DNA of 52,030 bases, counting the filler, from Basidioascus undulatus (taxonomy: Eukaryota), in NCBI GenBank assembly GCA_000826855.1. It is 3 parts of 3 records of this genome, joined end to end, with 100 filler letters (N's around TTAATTAATTAA, not from the genome) between each part and the next. Parts side by side here need not be neighbours in the genome. Positions count along the whole stretch, not along the records: positions 34,770 to 52,030 come from JTLS01000543.1; 2 more parts are not named here. One strand, written 5' to 3'. The notes beneath the pieces are model-generated. The model searched no databases, was not told the origin of the DNA, and was given only the letters and a program-made list of their open reading frames with translations. Of this stretch, positions 35,309 through 46,976 are shown piece by piece; within the stretch, counting starts at the first letter, position 1, and every line of letters starts with the position of its first letter. The translations under genes were made by a program, and so were the position numbers.

Positions 35309-38188
35309 TCAATGCATTGCCCGCGCAGGCTCGTCGTCGTGTGCACCGGGTATCCCACTGGCACCCGCTTCGGGGTTATCATGTGGGTATCAAAGCATCC
35401 TTTAACAGGATATACGCACTTGAACGTGTGTTTGCCCCCATACTTCGGCATGTACCAGTACCCGTACGTGATCAAGAAGACAATGGCGAGGACGCAGACG
35501 GCGTAGTCTTAAGGAAATGTCAAAACGATCTCGGGTAAGGGACTTTTGGTACTGCTAGAGAGCAAGGAGGTTGAATGAAGAGAGAGCGCACTCATGTCCG
35601 CTGCCGCGCTGGGATCGCCAGCGAGGGGGAAGGAGGGGAACATCGCGACGACGGTCATCACGAGCATGTAAGCGACGGCGATGAACGTGATTGGGGGTCC
35701 CTGTATTCCAAAAGCCACAGTCAGATTTTTTTTTTTCGTTGGCCATTGCACAGAGGGACGGAAGCGTACCCAACGGCCGAGGTCTGCGTGGTGAGCCTGG
35801 TTAGCCAGTGGAGATGAGCGAAGAAAAGGGGAGGCGTTGCAACGTACTGAATGGACCCGGGGTGAAAGCGCCGTTGTTGAACGCGAAGCGGGCGATCATC
35901 GGGACTGAATACGAGAGGTAGACGGAGAGAATGGCGATGGCGAAGATGGCCGACTTGGCGTATTCGGAGGCCACTGCGTGAAAATGTCTGTGAGCGTGCA
36001 CGCTCCACAAGCTTACTCTTATATGCACAGCAGATGGAGGTCAGGACGATGGTCAAGCCAGCGAGGTACCACACGGCTGCGAGCGTTTACAGTGGTGTCG
36101 TCAGGCGATGTGTTCAAGCCCGATCACAGCCGAGGATGGGGTTCGCATACCGTTGATGGGGACCTTGAAGCGCGGATTGACCCGACGGCACCAACTGCTG
36201 AAGGGTAGGCCGTTGTCGCGAGCGAAGGCCCAGATCTGACGGGACGCGGCGAGCGTAAAGTCCACTGTCAAGGGAATCAGGTGAGTTCGGGAATCAGGTG
36301 AGTTCGGGAATCAGGTGAGTTCGTGAGAGGAAGAACTGCGGTCGGTGTGTCTCTGTTGGCTTACATCCCAAAGCGAACTGGGCGAGGATGAAGATCGCCC
36401 AGACGCCGAGAGTGGCCCTCTTGCCGAAGCTATTGTAGAGGACCTGATTCGGGTTCATGAATACTGGTCAGTCGAAATGGTGTTGTGAAAGGATGCAACG
36501 AAGACCATTGCAGTCACTCACCGCCGCGAGAGAGTTACCATACTCGTTGTTGTAGATCGCATCGATGTCCTTGCCCATATACGCAGCGACGATGACGTTG
36601 GCGACGGTGCCCAAAAAGCCCGCAGCCGCGATGGACAGCCAGATGGCGAGCGGGATCGCGGTCGACGCGTTGGTCGCCTCCTCCGCGAGGCGCGTGCAAC
36701 AGTCGAAGTTGCAGATCGTCCACGCGGGTCCGAGCATGCCGAACAAAAAGCTGAAACCCCCGGTCCAGCTCCCCAGCTCGGGGAGGGTCTTCCACTCGCC
36801 GAATGCGTAGGACGCCGAGTTCGTCAGGGAGCTCGGCGTCGCGATGGGCAGGGCGATGAAGATCCCTAGGAGCAGGCCGATGTTGATCAAAACAAAGACG
36901 TTTTGCAGACGGGCCAGCAGCTGTGAACACTGTGTTTTCAGTGCACGCTGAACCCGAGAGTGTAGAGAGTGCAGCCTGCCACTTACCTTCGTGCTGAAGG
37001 AGCAGATGATGCTCTGGATGACGGTAATGGCTGCACACATTCCGCTGTAGACATAAATTTCTAGCGTCAGCGCTTATCGACAGTGTGCTTTTTATCTGAA
37101 CATACAAGGTTTGCGCCGGCGTCGCAGACCATGTACCGTCTTTCGAGATCGACACGGCGACGCCAATCATCTCAGCGGTGGCCCAGTTGACCTTGAACAC
37201 GGTTCGTCAGCGAGCGGGTTTGGAATGAGCGGGAAGTTAACACGGTGGCTGATACGCACTGAAGCTGCGCTGGAGACACTGGAAGTAGTAGCCAGGTCTT
37301 GCCCCACGCGGTATCGTCAGCACTGTGGTGATGGCAAGGCTCGTATCACATTCTATACTCACAGCCAACCAGCCAAGTGAGTTGCCTGCGGATCTTGGGC
37401 GGAGACAATATGAAGGTCCAGTGAAAGATCTGGTGTGGACCGCGATTCAGCACGAGGGCTCCGGCCTTCAGTAGCGACAGGACGTACACCTCCACTGGTC
37501 GGGAAGGCTGTGGACCATTGCTATTTTCAGTTCAAGGCTAAAGAACGGTTAAGGAGGTAACTTACCTGAAGCCAACTCTCCCATTGCCAGCCCGACGCAC
37601 ATGATGAAGAAGGACGCGACTGCCCATCCCCAAACCATGGATGATGGTCCTGCAAAACAACCCGTTAGAAATGCACGGGTGCCGAATGACCCCTCTCAAA
37701 ATGCGTACCTCCGTTCGGTAGAGCATAACTGTTCAGGCACAGCGGTCAGTTCTATTGTAAAGGGAACGGCCAACTAAGTGAAACGCACTCAAGCACAACC
37801 GCCACGCCGGGCATCACGCCTAAATGGTCCTGTCAGTCTCGCTCCACTATGATAGGATGGCTGCAAATCCTCACAGAAGATACTGAAAGACAACCCGAAC
37901 ACTTCCAGGGCCCCGAAATCACGCCGAAATTCTGCATCGCACCGCCAAGTGTGAGCGGCTCAATTCGAGAGATATCACTCTCGCGGTCCACAACCAACCT
38001 TGTTTGTCTGGTTGACGGTTTTGGTTGAGCACACTGTAACCATTTTCATATTGAATGGTAAACTGCTCACATCCAAGTGCTTCAAGGGCAGCCTCGTCCC
38101 GACTCTGTCCCACAGGCAACGCCGCCTCATTCTGGAGCGGCCCTGGCTCGACAGTAACGTGTGAGAGGTCTTCCTTCCCCAGGCCCAT
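35309..38188 (-). CDS. APC-superfamily amino acid/GABA permease (UGA4/HNM1-like)
   Basis: LEALGYKQEFRRDFGALEVFGLSFSI, PNGGPSSMVWGW, MGELASAFPTSGG, PAWTICNFD..RLAEEATNAS..P.AI, AASRQIWAFARDNGLPFS, FTPGPFS. The last exon (NGIPGAHDDEPARAMH*) is the least certain. Confidence 0.92.
36272..36322. repeat. 17-bp perfect tandem repeat x3 inside a permease intron
   Basis: GGGAATCAGGTGAGTTC x3. Confidence 0.92.
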
Positions 38189-38878
38189 GTTCGGCCTTAA
38201 TTTTTGAGAGTCTTGAATATTGAGAGGAATGATGGAGAACGGTCAAGGAGAGGGCGGTGCGTTCGTGGTCGCCGTCACGAGACGCGCATTTTCTATTGAC
38301 TGGAGGAGGCAATTACAGATAAGAGATGCCCGCTCGCTTATCATGAGCACCTCACGCCTGGATGATCGAGTGATTGGTGGCGGATGCGGATGAACTTCCG
38401 GGGTAAAATGTAGGCCGAACAATACGGCAACGTCCACGCTCAACTTTCTCCATGCAGTGCAGCCGTCGGTAGGTGGACACCTGACCGGCATCACGAGAGG
38501 CACTTGCGCGGTCATGCCTGCCTTTATCTCGTCGACCAACGTCGACGTTGTTGACCTGTGCCTGCAAAATCTTCCTTTCCGCTTCTGCTTCAGATGTCCC
38601 GAAGCGGCGGTTGTCCGACATACGCGCTCATCTAATTTGTTCTGTCTGGCTTCGCAACACCGTACAGCGCTCCGTCTGAGCATGATAGAGCAAAGAGGAG
38701 ACCAGGCCGCTTTGAAGACCAGCATCCACATAGACCCGAAGGTTTGTGGGAAGCTTTGGGGCCTGTCCATGAACATCGCATGCTGCGCTGTCAGAGTGCC
38801 GGGTGAAGGCTCTGGTTCGTGCTGTCGACGCCGGCGCGGCTATCCGCGCCACCTATTGTCGTTGATGTCCCAATTTGG

Positions 38879-39390
38879 TACACCTCCATTTGTATCACTG
38901 CCAAAGCATCATCGAGGTCCCTCATGGATTGAGCAGGGCGCGGAATTTGGTGAAGGGCATGCTGTGGGACCGCGACCGGCCAGGCCATGACCAGCAACGA
39001 ATACAACTGCAGGCTGTAACTGTCCTGCAGGGCCGGCCTCAAAACAATCTACTTCAGGTGTGATAAGTCAAAGGCGCAGTTATCAAAACCACTCGCGCCG
39101 GCGAAGTTGAATCAGTCGGGACGCTGCATACGAACAGTGAACGGTTTGCCTTCTTTCCTCCCCTTGCCCTCTGATTCCAGCGGGCTTACTCCTGTTGAAC
39201 TCACGAGTGTTACGGGGAGACTCCCATCGGACCACCCAATTTATAAAGGTTCATCTATACGGAGTAACATACCGCGATTGCAGCACCGGCTCCTCGAACT
39301 GGTACTGCCGCGCGCCAACTGCCACTCACCTCGCTCACTCGGACAGCACGCCTCTTGTGTATCTACTTCTCCGTTATCACCTGTATTCCG
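38879..39390 (-). pseudogene. Amidase-signature family remnant
   Basis: Frameshifted pieces RGSTS(S)/GAGAAIA (about 39273-39310) and DLDDAL/FGSDTNGGV (about 38879-38920) resemble GGSSSGSAAAIA...LD.ALGSDTGGSVR, in the correct order. Confidence 0.35.
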
Positions 39391-39802
39391 GCAGATTCTT
39401 TTTTGGAATATAAAGACAAGAGGCATAAGAAAACCAAACCACAAAGGTGTCTGAAAGTTGGGCACCACGTAACCTGCGTAGCGCTCAGTTATGCAGTGCA
39501 CGCATCTGTACAGTCCCTGAGAGTTTTCAGCCATGACATGAACTTTACGAGCGCATGCTTGATGTGGATGACCTGGTAATGCTGTGAAATGTAGCTAATG
39601 CAGCATTTGGTCGATGCTATCCCATGCAGCCGAACCGAAAGCTATGCGACCGTGAAACGAACTCCCCAGTCCCTCCGACGAAGGAGATGATTCCAGATGC
39701 TACAAGTACAGTGCGGTGCCAATGATGTCAAATATGAGAATGAGTGGATAAAGTGAAGAAAAGGAACGAAGAGCAGCAGCAGCGAGCGACAACACCCCAC
39801 GT

Positions 39803-41758
39803 CTACGAGAAGCTGTCGAGCCAGAGCTCGGTGCGCGTGCGGCGGAGGTGGGGTGCCGGGGGGAGGGGAGAGGCGGTGAAGTGGTGAGGAATGTGGGGAA
39901 AATGGAGAGGGGGGTAGGGGCAATGAGGCTCGGGATCTTCTGGGAAGGTCAGCGACTGCACTCCCAATAAGGAGGGAGGCAAGACGCACAGTCCATTTCC
40001 ATTCCTTCCGCCTGCGTGTCGGTCGTCCCCAGCCAGCTCGTTGACCTCGGCACCCCAACCTCCTCCATCTGGCCCGCATGTCCCGGGAGGGGGTGGGAGA
40101 CTAGCTCGTAAGCTCCCCCGTCTTCCGGAACGGGGTAGCAGAACTCGGGCTGCGGCTCGCGCATGAGCGCGGCGTAGAGCGAGGGGCGAGGGGGTGGGGG
40201 GTAGGCCTGCTCAGGCGAGGGGCCAGGAGAAGATGAGGGGAGGAGGGCTGCGTAGATGGAGGGCCGACGAGGCGGAAATGTGTAGGTCGGGATGAAGTAG
40301 CTTTCAGAGTCGCCGAGGTTGGGGAGACCCGCATCGAGCTTGTGCAAGTCGTGCGGGATAAAGGGAGGCTCCGAGAAGCTGCGGCTGTGGGTAAAGTTGT
40401 TCAGAGCCATGGGGGAGGAAGGCCTGCTCTCGAGCGGGTGCGGCTGCTGCTTGAGCGGGTTCGGCGAGCGGAGGCCGTCCGCGCAGTCCTCGCCGACGTC
40501 GGCGGGCAGCGACCACCCGCGCGGAGAAGGAGGGGGGTATCGCGGCGTCGGAGCGAGGAGCGCGCCTTTCTCGGGAGTAGGCGGGGCGGTCTTAGTGAAG
40601 GGTCGGATGGATGAGGATGGGGAAGCGTGCAGGCCGAAAGTCGGCTCGGGGAGCAGGGGGACCGGGGTGCAGGGCGGGCGGCTGGGCGGGCGGTGGACCG
40701 GCGGTGGGCTGCGCGGTGGGAGGGTGAGGTATCTCGCCCTCTCCTCCGGCGACGGAGTAGGCGGGGGGGAGGACAGAACGCTCGAGGCGTCGCTGTCGAT
40801 GTCCTCGCCTCCGCCCTCCTCCTCTTCACGCAGCTCGATCTCGCTCGCCTCGCTACTGTCGCTGGGACTCTCGGATCGCTCGCCTCCGTAGGACCTTGTA
40901 CGTCTACTCCTGGACGCTGGACGGCGCCTCTCCGGCGCGTTCCGCACGACTTGCGCGCGCTCGCTCGAGCTCGAGGTGCGCAGGAGGAACGGGTGAGACC
41001 ACGTGTGGGGGGTGACGTCCGAGTGGCCCGTGTGCGGCTTGTTGGGCGGGCGGTTGAAGCTGTAGATCTATTGGAGTACTGATTGAGAATTTTTCCTTTG
41101 GGGGAAGTGAGGAAGAGTTGGGCGTACGTTCATCTGCCGCGCGAACGACGAATAGTTGGAGTGGTTGTAATATGCGGGGAGGATGGATGCGAGCTGCCAA
41201 GGAGGGTCAGCTGCTCTGCATACAAAACCACATCCAGGTTAGTAAATTGAGGTATGCCTTGACAGGCTAGATGAAGAAACGGATGGAGTTCTGTCAGACG
41301 CCGGGGCAGTGGCTGGGCGCGAAGGGAAAGGGGGAACGCGCTTGGTGGACGTGCACATCTTTGCCCTCCGGTCCCCACGAGATGAAGACTTTGTACTTGT
41401 CCTCGTCTAGTATTCTAGCGTAGCTTACGGCCAATTTAATACACGCCGAAATTAACCTGGAAAGTCCAAGAGGGGCCCACTCGTAAAGCTTCTCCAAAAA
41501 GACAGGCACGGCCGCTCCACCGATCTTCTGGCCGGATCTCGGGGGGGGCTTGGACTTGGACATGACCGGCGGCTTGGAAGACGATGAGGCGGTAGAAGAT
41601 CTCGAGTGCGCTGAATCCCTGGGAGGTATCGAAGGCTGGATGAATAGTTCGTCAGCCTGGCGCCGCGGGGGAAGTCGGATGGAGCGAGATGCAGGGGAGC
41701 GTACCTGAGCAAGCAACGCCTGCTCGCGCGCGATGTCGCCGCGGGTGCGGGGTGTCAT
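39803..41758 (-). CDS. HSF-type DNA-binding domain transcription factor
   Basis: VPVFLEKLYE-ILDEDKYKVFISWGPEG...ILPAYYNHSNYSSFARQMN-IYSFNR...WSHPFLLR is the HSF domain, followed by a long Pro/Ser-rich tail. Splicing between about 41200 and 41340 is unresolved. Confidence 0.88.
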
Positions 41759-42243
41759 GGCGAAAGACGCCGTGGTCGGGGATATTAAATATGGTAGGAT
41801 GTAAGGGAGATGATGGTGGTAGAAGGCAAAGGGAGCGAAAGCACGAAACCAGGGCTGCGCGGGCGCGGGTTCTGCGGATGGGGCGTACGAAAGCCGCACT
41901 GTGCGAGGCGGAACGTTGAAATGCAGCGGAACTCGGGTAACTTGCGAATGAGAAACGGCGGTTCATGACCCTTTGAATGTTAAGGCGCTCCGTCCAGCCG
42001 AACGTTGCGGATGACGTGAAACAGGCCTGAATCGAGGTGTCATTGACCATGTTCGCCCTCAAAATGTAGTGCTGAACTAAACGAGTGCATTTTACTTCAA
42101 CATTCCCTTAGGCACACAATCTGTGGCCTCAGACACATGTGTTCGAAGCGCATGGTATCGCGGAAATAAGGTATTGCGAACCGACAGACATAACGAATGA
42201 AGAGCGCGAAAATGAGAAAACCAGAGACCCCGAACACCCCATC

Positions 42244-42909
42244 CTACGCCCCCACAACACGCACAACGACCCTCCTCGCCAGCCCCAGCGCCCGCAGCGT
42301 GATAGCCAGCCCGATGACGAACGACCACAACCACAGCCTGAGCGCCTTCACCGTCAGCTCCGTCGCCGACCAGCCGCGGAGAACCCCCAGGACCTCATGC
42401 AACAGCACCCAGACCAGCATCCCCATAGCGTGAGACTTTTCAAACACCCAGACCGCCGGCTTGCCCGTGGGCGCAGGATCACAGTCCGCACCCGGTGGGG
42501 GCGGCAGGCGCGACGCGCTCTTGCGGAGTAGCGGCGAGCTCGGCGTCGGGGTGCGGAAGAAGTCGTTCGAAATGGAGACGGACGGCGAGTCGCGGAAGGA
42601 GCGCTTGCCCTCGTGGACGTGCTGGTCGGACGGCGGAGGGGAGGGGGTGGTCGTGTGGCTGGGCTGGGGAGTGGGCGTGGCGGGCCGCGAGGACTGCGCT
42701 GTGGCCGGTGCCAACGTCTCGGAGATGTGGTAGAGGAGGGCACCGTCTTCTGGGATTCCAATGGAGGCGTAGGAGGGGGTGATGGGCTCAGGGATGTCCT
42801 CGATGAGCACGGAGCCGGGACGGGGCAGGTACCGAGGGAGCGTGTGCAGGTGGTGGAACGCGGGCCCGGCGACGCCGGCGGCGGCGGGGATGTAGGCCGA
42901 GGCGAGCAT
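42244..42909 (-). CDS. Hypothetical protein, Pro/Ser-rich with hydrophobic C-terminus
   Basis: 221-aa intronless ORF with ACCATG start context, GC3-rich codons and a TM-like end (LWLWSFVIGLAITL). Confidence 0.6.
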   Translation of the reverse strand: MLASAYIPAAAGVAGPAFHHLHTLPRYLPRPGSVLIEDIPEPITPSYASIGIPEDGALLYHISETLAPATAQSSRPATPTPQPSHTTTPSPPPSDQHVHEGKRSFRDSPSVSISNDFFRTPTPSSPLLRKSASRLPPPPGADCDPAPTGKPAVWVFEKSHAMGMLVWVLLHEVLGVLRGWSATELTVKALRLWLWSFVIGLAITLRALGLARRVVVRVVGA

Positions 42910-43639
42910 GGTAGTCCAGGGGGATGGGACGGAATAGAGAAGGGATTGTGGAAGAGGAAGGATGGGGAAAAAAGGAGAGCTCGGGCCTGACGGCGGCGGG
43001 AGGGCAAACCGGCACGTGGACGGGGGTCGGTTGGAGACAAAGAGGAAGACTGCGTCGGAAGGGGGCCTGGCGCTGGGCTGACTCGGGTGTGTCAGGCCCG
43101 AGGAATTTTGCCAGAAAACGCCCAGATTCGATATTTCCTTGTCAGTCCTTATGGGCCTCAGGAAAGTAGGCGCCCGTTGGTGCTTTGGTCAATGGAGGCA
43201 CACAGCCCGTACAGTCACGGGTCAGCCGAGCCGCCCTGGAAACGGTGCTTTCCTGTCGAGCCGCTGTATGCCCCCTTTTTAAAATGGTCCCTAGAAAGAG
43301 TCTTCGACTGTTTTTATACCTACCTATGTTTGTTGCCCGGCCTAGGGCAACAGAGCATGGACAAGTTTGCGACAGTAACAAGGAACACGGGGTCATTCCC
43401 GCAAACTGCAACGCTCCGTACAAACACAGACTCTCAGTTACATATGACTACGATTTTGGACTGTCTTCTTGCTATGCCGAAGCACGGTCGGCTTCATGTA
43501 GGAGGTACGGAGGGACAAGACAAGACAAGACAAGTTGATGAGGACGTGCTAGGTAGGCGTATCGCAGGCTCGAGCTGGTCGCTCTTGACAGGCTGACTCC
43601 CCGAAATTAATGCTCTTGATTATATATCATAAAGCGGAA

Positions 43640-43688
43640 CTCACATTTAATGTGAGATCGGAATGCATGTCTCGGAATGCATGTCTCG
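43640..43688. repeat. 8-bp inverted repeat followed by a 14-bp duplication
   Basis: CTCACATT-T-AATGTGAG, then TCGGAATGCATGTC x2. Confidence 0.7.
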
Positions 43689-44039
43689 CAAGAAACAGCG
43701 AAAGCACAATTGAAAGCCTGCTGCACGTCGTGTTTCCACCTTTGGTCTGCCTGCGTAGAGTTTTAGTACAGTCTGACCAACGACGGCCGGCGCTGATAGA
43801 AGTGTCCTTGCTACACAATAAGACCACAGCACTTGAATTTTTTCATTGACACGGTCACCGGCGAGGTTTGCCAGAATAGCGGGCTTAACAACGGCTGCAC
43901 TTGGCTGCACCCGAGAAGCGCCGGACAAGGCGGACCAAGGTCCCGGTCCGACTCTTCGCCCCTGCGACGTCCGGCGCGCGGTCTTCCTCATCGACCAGCG
44001 CACCCTCGTCGTCCTCAAACCCCCATCACCGCCGCCGCC

Positions 44040-44814
44040 ATGTTCCGTGCTACCGCCATCCGCCGGCAGGCGCTCAACCACCTCGTCCCGCCCAAGATCG
44101 CGACACCCAAGGCCGTCGTGCGTCACCGCGCTCTGGGCACGTACCGAGCGCGAGAGAAAGAAGCTGATGATGGAGCGCGGGGCGGTGGAATGGGCAGTCC
44201 TCGTCTGAGACCGGCGCGCGCATGGAGCAGGTCATCGACTTCTATTCCAAGCTCCCCAAGGGCTCCGCGCCCAACAAGGCCGGCGGCATCAAGGCCCGCT
44301 ACTTCGAGGGCGAGAACGCGACGGGCAAGCCCATCGTCTACACCGTCTTTGCGCTCTTCCTGCTCGGGTACACCATCGACTGTACGTCTTGCCCACTAGC
44401 TGTGTAGTGTGCGGAACCTTTGCTAATCGGGTGTGGTGGGACGTGCAGACCAGAGTGAGTTGCGCTGATTCGTCATGGCTTTGCGAGATTTGGAGGAGAA
44501 GCCGGCTGGGGCGCGAGTCGCCTGGGGGCGGGCGATGTGTTTGGCGGAAGAGCCGCAGCGTTGGAATGGGTTGGGCGCCCCGGGGATGCGGTCGGTGGGA
44601 GGGGCGTGAAGGAGATTGGACGGGCGCCAGGAGGGGATCCGGCATCAACCCCCTCCATGCTCCTTACTCGTACTTAACATCCACCCTCTTCCGCTGCGAC
44701 CTCTTCGCTCACCAGTGCACCTCAGTACGTCCCTTCCCGTGGTTCATGTTGCTGAACAGGCGGATGCTGATACGCGGGGCACGTTCAGAGCACCACAAGA
44801 ACAACCACCACTAA
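44040..44814 (+). CDS. ATP17: Mitochondrial ATP synthase subunit f
   Basis: MFRATAIRRQALNHLVPPKIATPKAV-SSSETGARMEQVIDFYSKLPKGSAP...GIKARYFEGENATGKPIV..LFLLGYTIDYQMHLKHHKNNHH*. Confidence 0.95.
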
Positions 44815-46043
44815 GCGCTGCTCGCCGAAAGCGAGGAGGCCGGAATGGATGTTCGTCCTCTTCTTCCCCTTCAAGCCATCCTCGCCGTCACGGGAACTGA
44901 CCTGCATGCGTTCCTTCCTTCCCTCCCCTCCAATCTCACCAACACCCCGTTCCGCCGCTCTCCCCACGCGTCTCCCCTTCGCTCCACCACCGATCTGAAC
45001 GCATGCACAGTGACGGGAAAAGGTGCACGGGAAGGGGTGCTTGGCCGATCACGCGTGTCGCGCTGGTCGGACGATTGTCATGGAACATTTAGAAGAACGG
45101 GCATGCGGAATGCTCATACGTCGCGATGCAGATTGGAGGCATCGGGCTCTGGGTGGAACACCCTTTTTAATTTGGTACTCACCAATCACGCATGGACGCA
45201 TCAATTCGCAGCCCGCAAAGCGTTATTTCGATCGACCTTCGTTGCTCGCTCGTAGCTTCTTTCGCTCGTCCAGCTTGCGACACGCGTCCCGTAACCGCAC
45301 CCAGCAGTCGAAAGCTCGTCTTCACTTCGATCTGTGTGCTCACGTTTACCGCGAGCTTATAGAACTCTTTTTCGCGCCCCCTTCACTGCACGTCCATTTA
45401 CGACAGACTCCGGCTGTCGGCCCGTATCGATTGACTCACGATGCGTGCGGGCTGGCTACGCCACGGTTTGTTTACCGTTAGTCGTCATGTTTCCCGCTCT
45501 ATTCATCAGTCCTTCTCTTGGCGGTCCATAACATTGTGATTGTATAGGTTTTAACGATCCGCCAGTAGTCAGTGCACAACACAAGTTAGCAGCGAACGCA
45601 CGACACGCCAGCAAGCGAGTCGCCTTACGGCCTGGCACACTCTGTACCTGCTCTGCGCCTCGGATAACGTACCTACTTTCCCTTCTGAGGTACTGTTCGT
45701 CTACCGTGCGGCGGTGCCTGCCAGAGCATATTAGTTATTGCAATGACCGGGGTGACGACAACCGCAAGTTGGCAGTCCGAACCCACGTCCTGCATCGCTT
45801 CTTTGCTCGCACACCCAGCCTCAACGTCTGTAATGCTTCATCGTATATAGGAAAACATTTGAAAGGGATATGAATTACTTCGAAGTAGGTGTATAGATAT
45901 GATGTGGGCTTAAATTGGCGTTTTTCGACACTGTTAAGGGCCGGCGCAGGACTTCCTCGCCCAACGCCATTCTCGCTCCCTCCCCCTCCCACCCCCATCT
46001 CCATCCCACCTCTTCTCTTTCATCACTTTCACTAACCCTCGCC

Positions 46044-46976
46044 ATGTCTTCGTCCAGGCGGCCTCCGACGGCCAGCCTTTCTTCCGGCACGATGGGCCTC
46101 AAGGTACCGCCTTCTTGAGTTTGTGAGGTTTCTCCCGGCGCTGACTTCCCCGGGTCTCCTCTTAAAAGTTCATGCAACGCGCCGCCGCCGCCCAAGGCAA
46201 AGCTGCAGCTCCCGATGCTGCAGAGACTAAAGGCAAGGCGAAGGCGGCAGAAATCTCCGAGTGGGTCATTGAGGGCGCAGATGTTGGAGCGGGGCAGGTT
46301 GAAGAGTGAGTCTCGCAAGTGCTGAGGCGCGGACGAGGCTTATTTTGCGGCGGTCTCAGGCAGGGTCGCTTCACCTACGAGCAATCGTATATTTCCTTCC
46401 TCATGCCTGCTTTAGCTGGGGACGAGCCGAGCAGCTCGTTCCCGGTAGCAGGAGGGCGGCGATCTTTCGGCGGCGCAAATAAGGACATTGAGGTACGTTG
46501 CTCCCTCTGTTCAAGCCTTCACGGGCAGTCATGCCGAAGCGCATGGGACGCAGCGGCTCGCCAACCCTCCCCCACCATCGACGTCCGAACCTCCTGCCCA
46601 ACCGGCCGAGCCCTCTAGCTCCCGCGGCGGCCTCCGCCGCGGCATCTCCGACTCTGGTCGCCCCTCCAAATCGAAGCGGCCGTCCAACCCGGCCTCGCGC
46701 GAGCGGTCCGTTTCTCCGCCGCGGACGCAGCCGCAGGGCTGGCTCAAGCCGGCCGGCTTCGACCATGCCGCGCCGGCGAAGAAGGAGCGCGGCTGGGAGC
46801 GCAAGAAGCGGGAGCGCGACGAGGCGGGCTTGGTGGTGGACGAGGAGGAGGACGAGTACGACGTGCTGGAGGTGCTGGGAGCGAACGAGGTGAAGGGTAA
46901 TTGGGAGGGTGGTGATGAAGGTAAGGGGTCGGAGAAAAAGAAGCGGAAGAAGAAGAGAAAGCCGGTGGATGCTTGA
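46044..46976 (+). CDS. MPP6-like (nuclear exosome cofactor family) protein
   Basis: LSSGTMGLK-FMQR at the N-terminus and GRRSFGGANKDIE match the MPP6 motifs (LS...MKFMQR; GR.SF.GFN..IE); basic C-terminus KKKRKKKRK. Confidence 0.72.

Noticed and set aside
36272..36322. CRISPR-like array
   Set aside because: No spacers, eukaryotic intron context, no cas genes.
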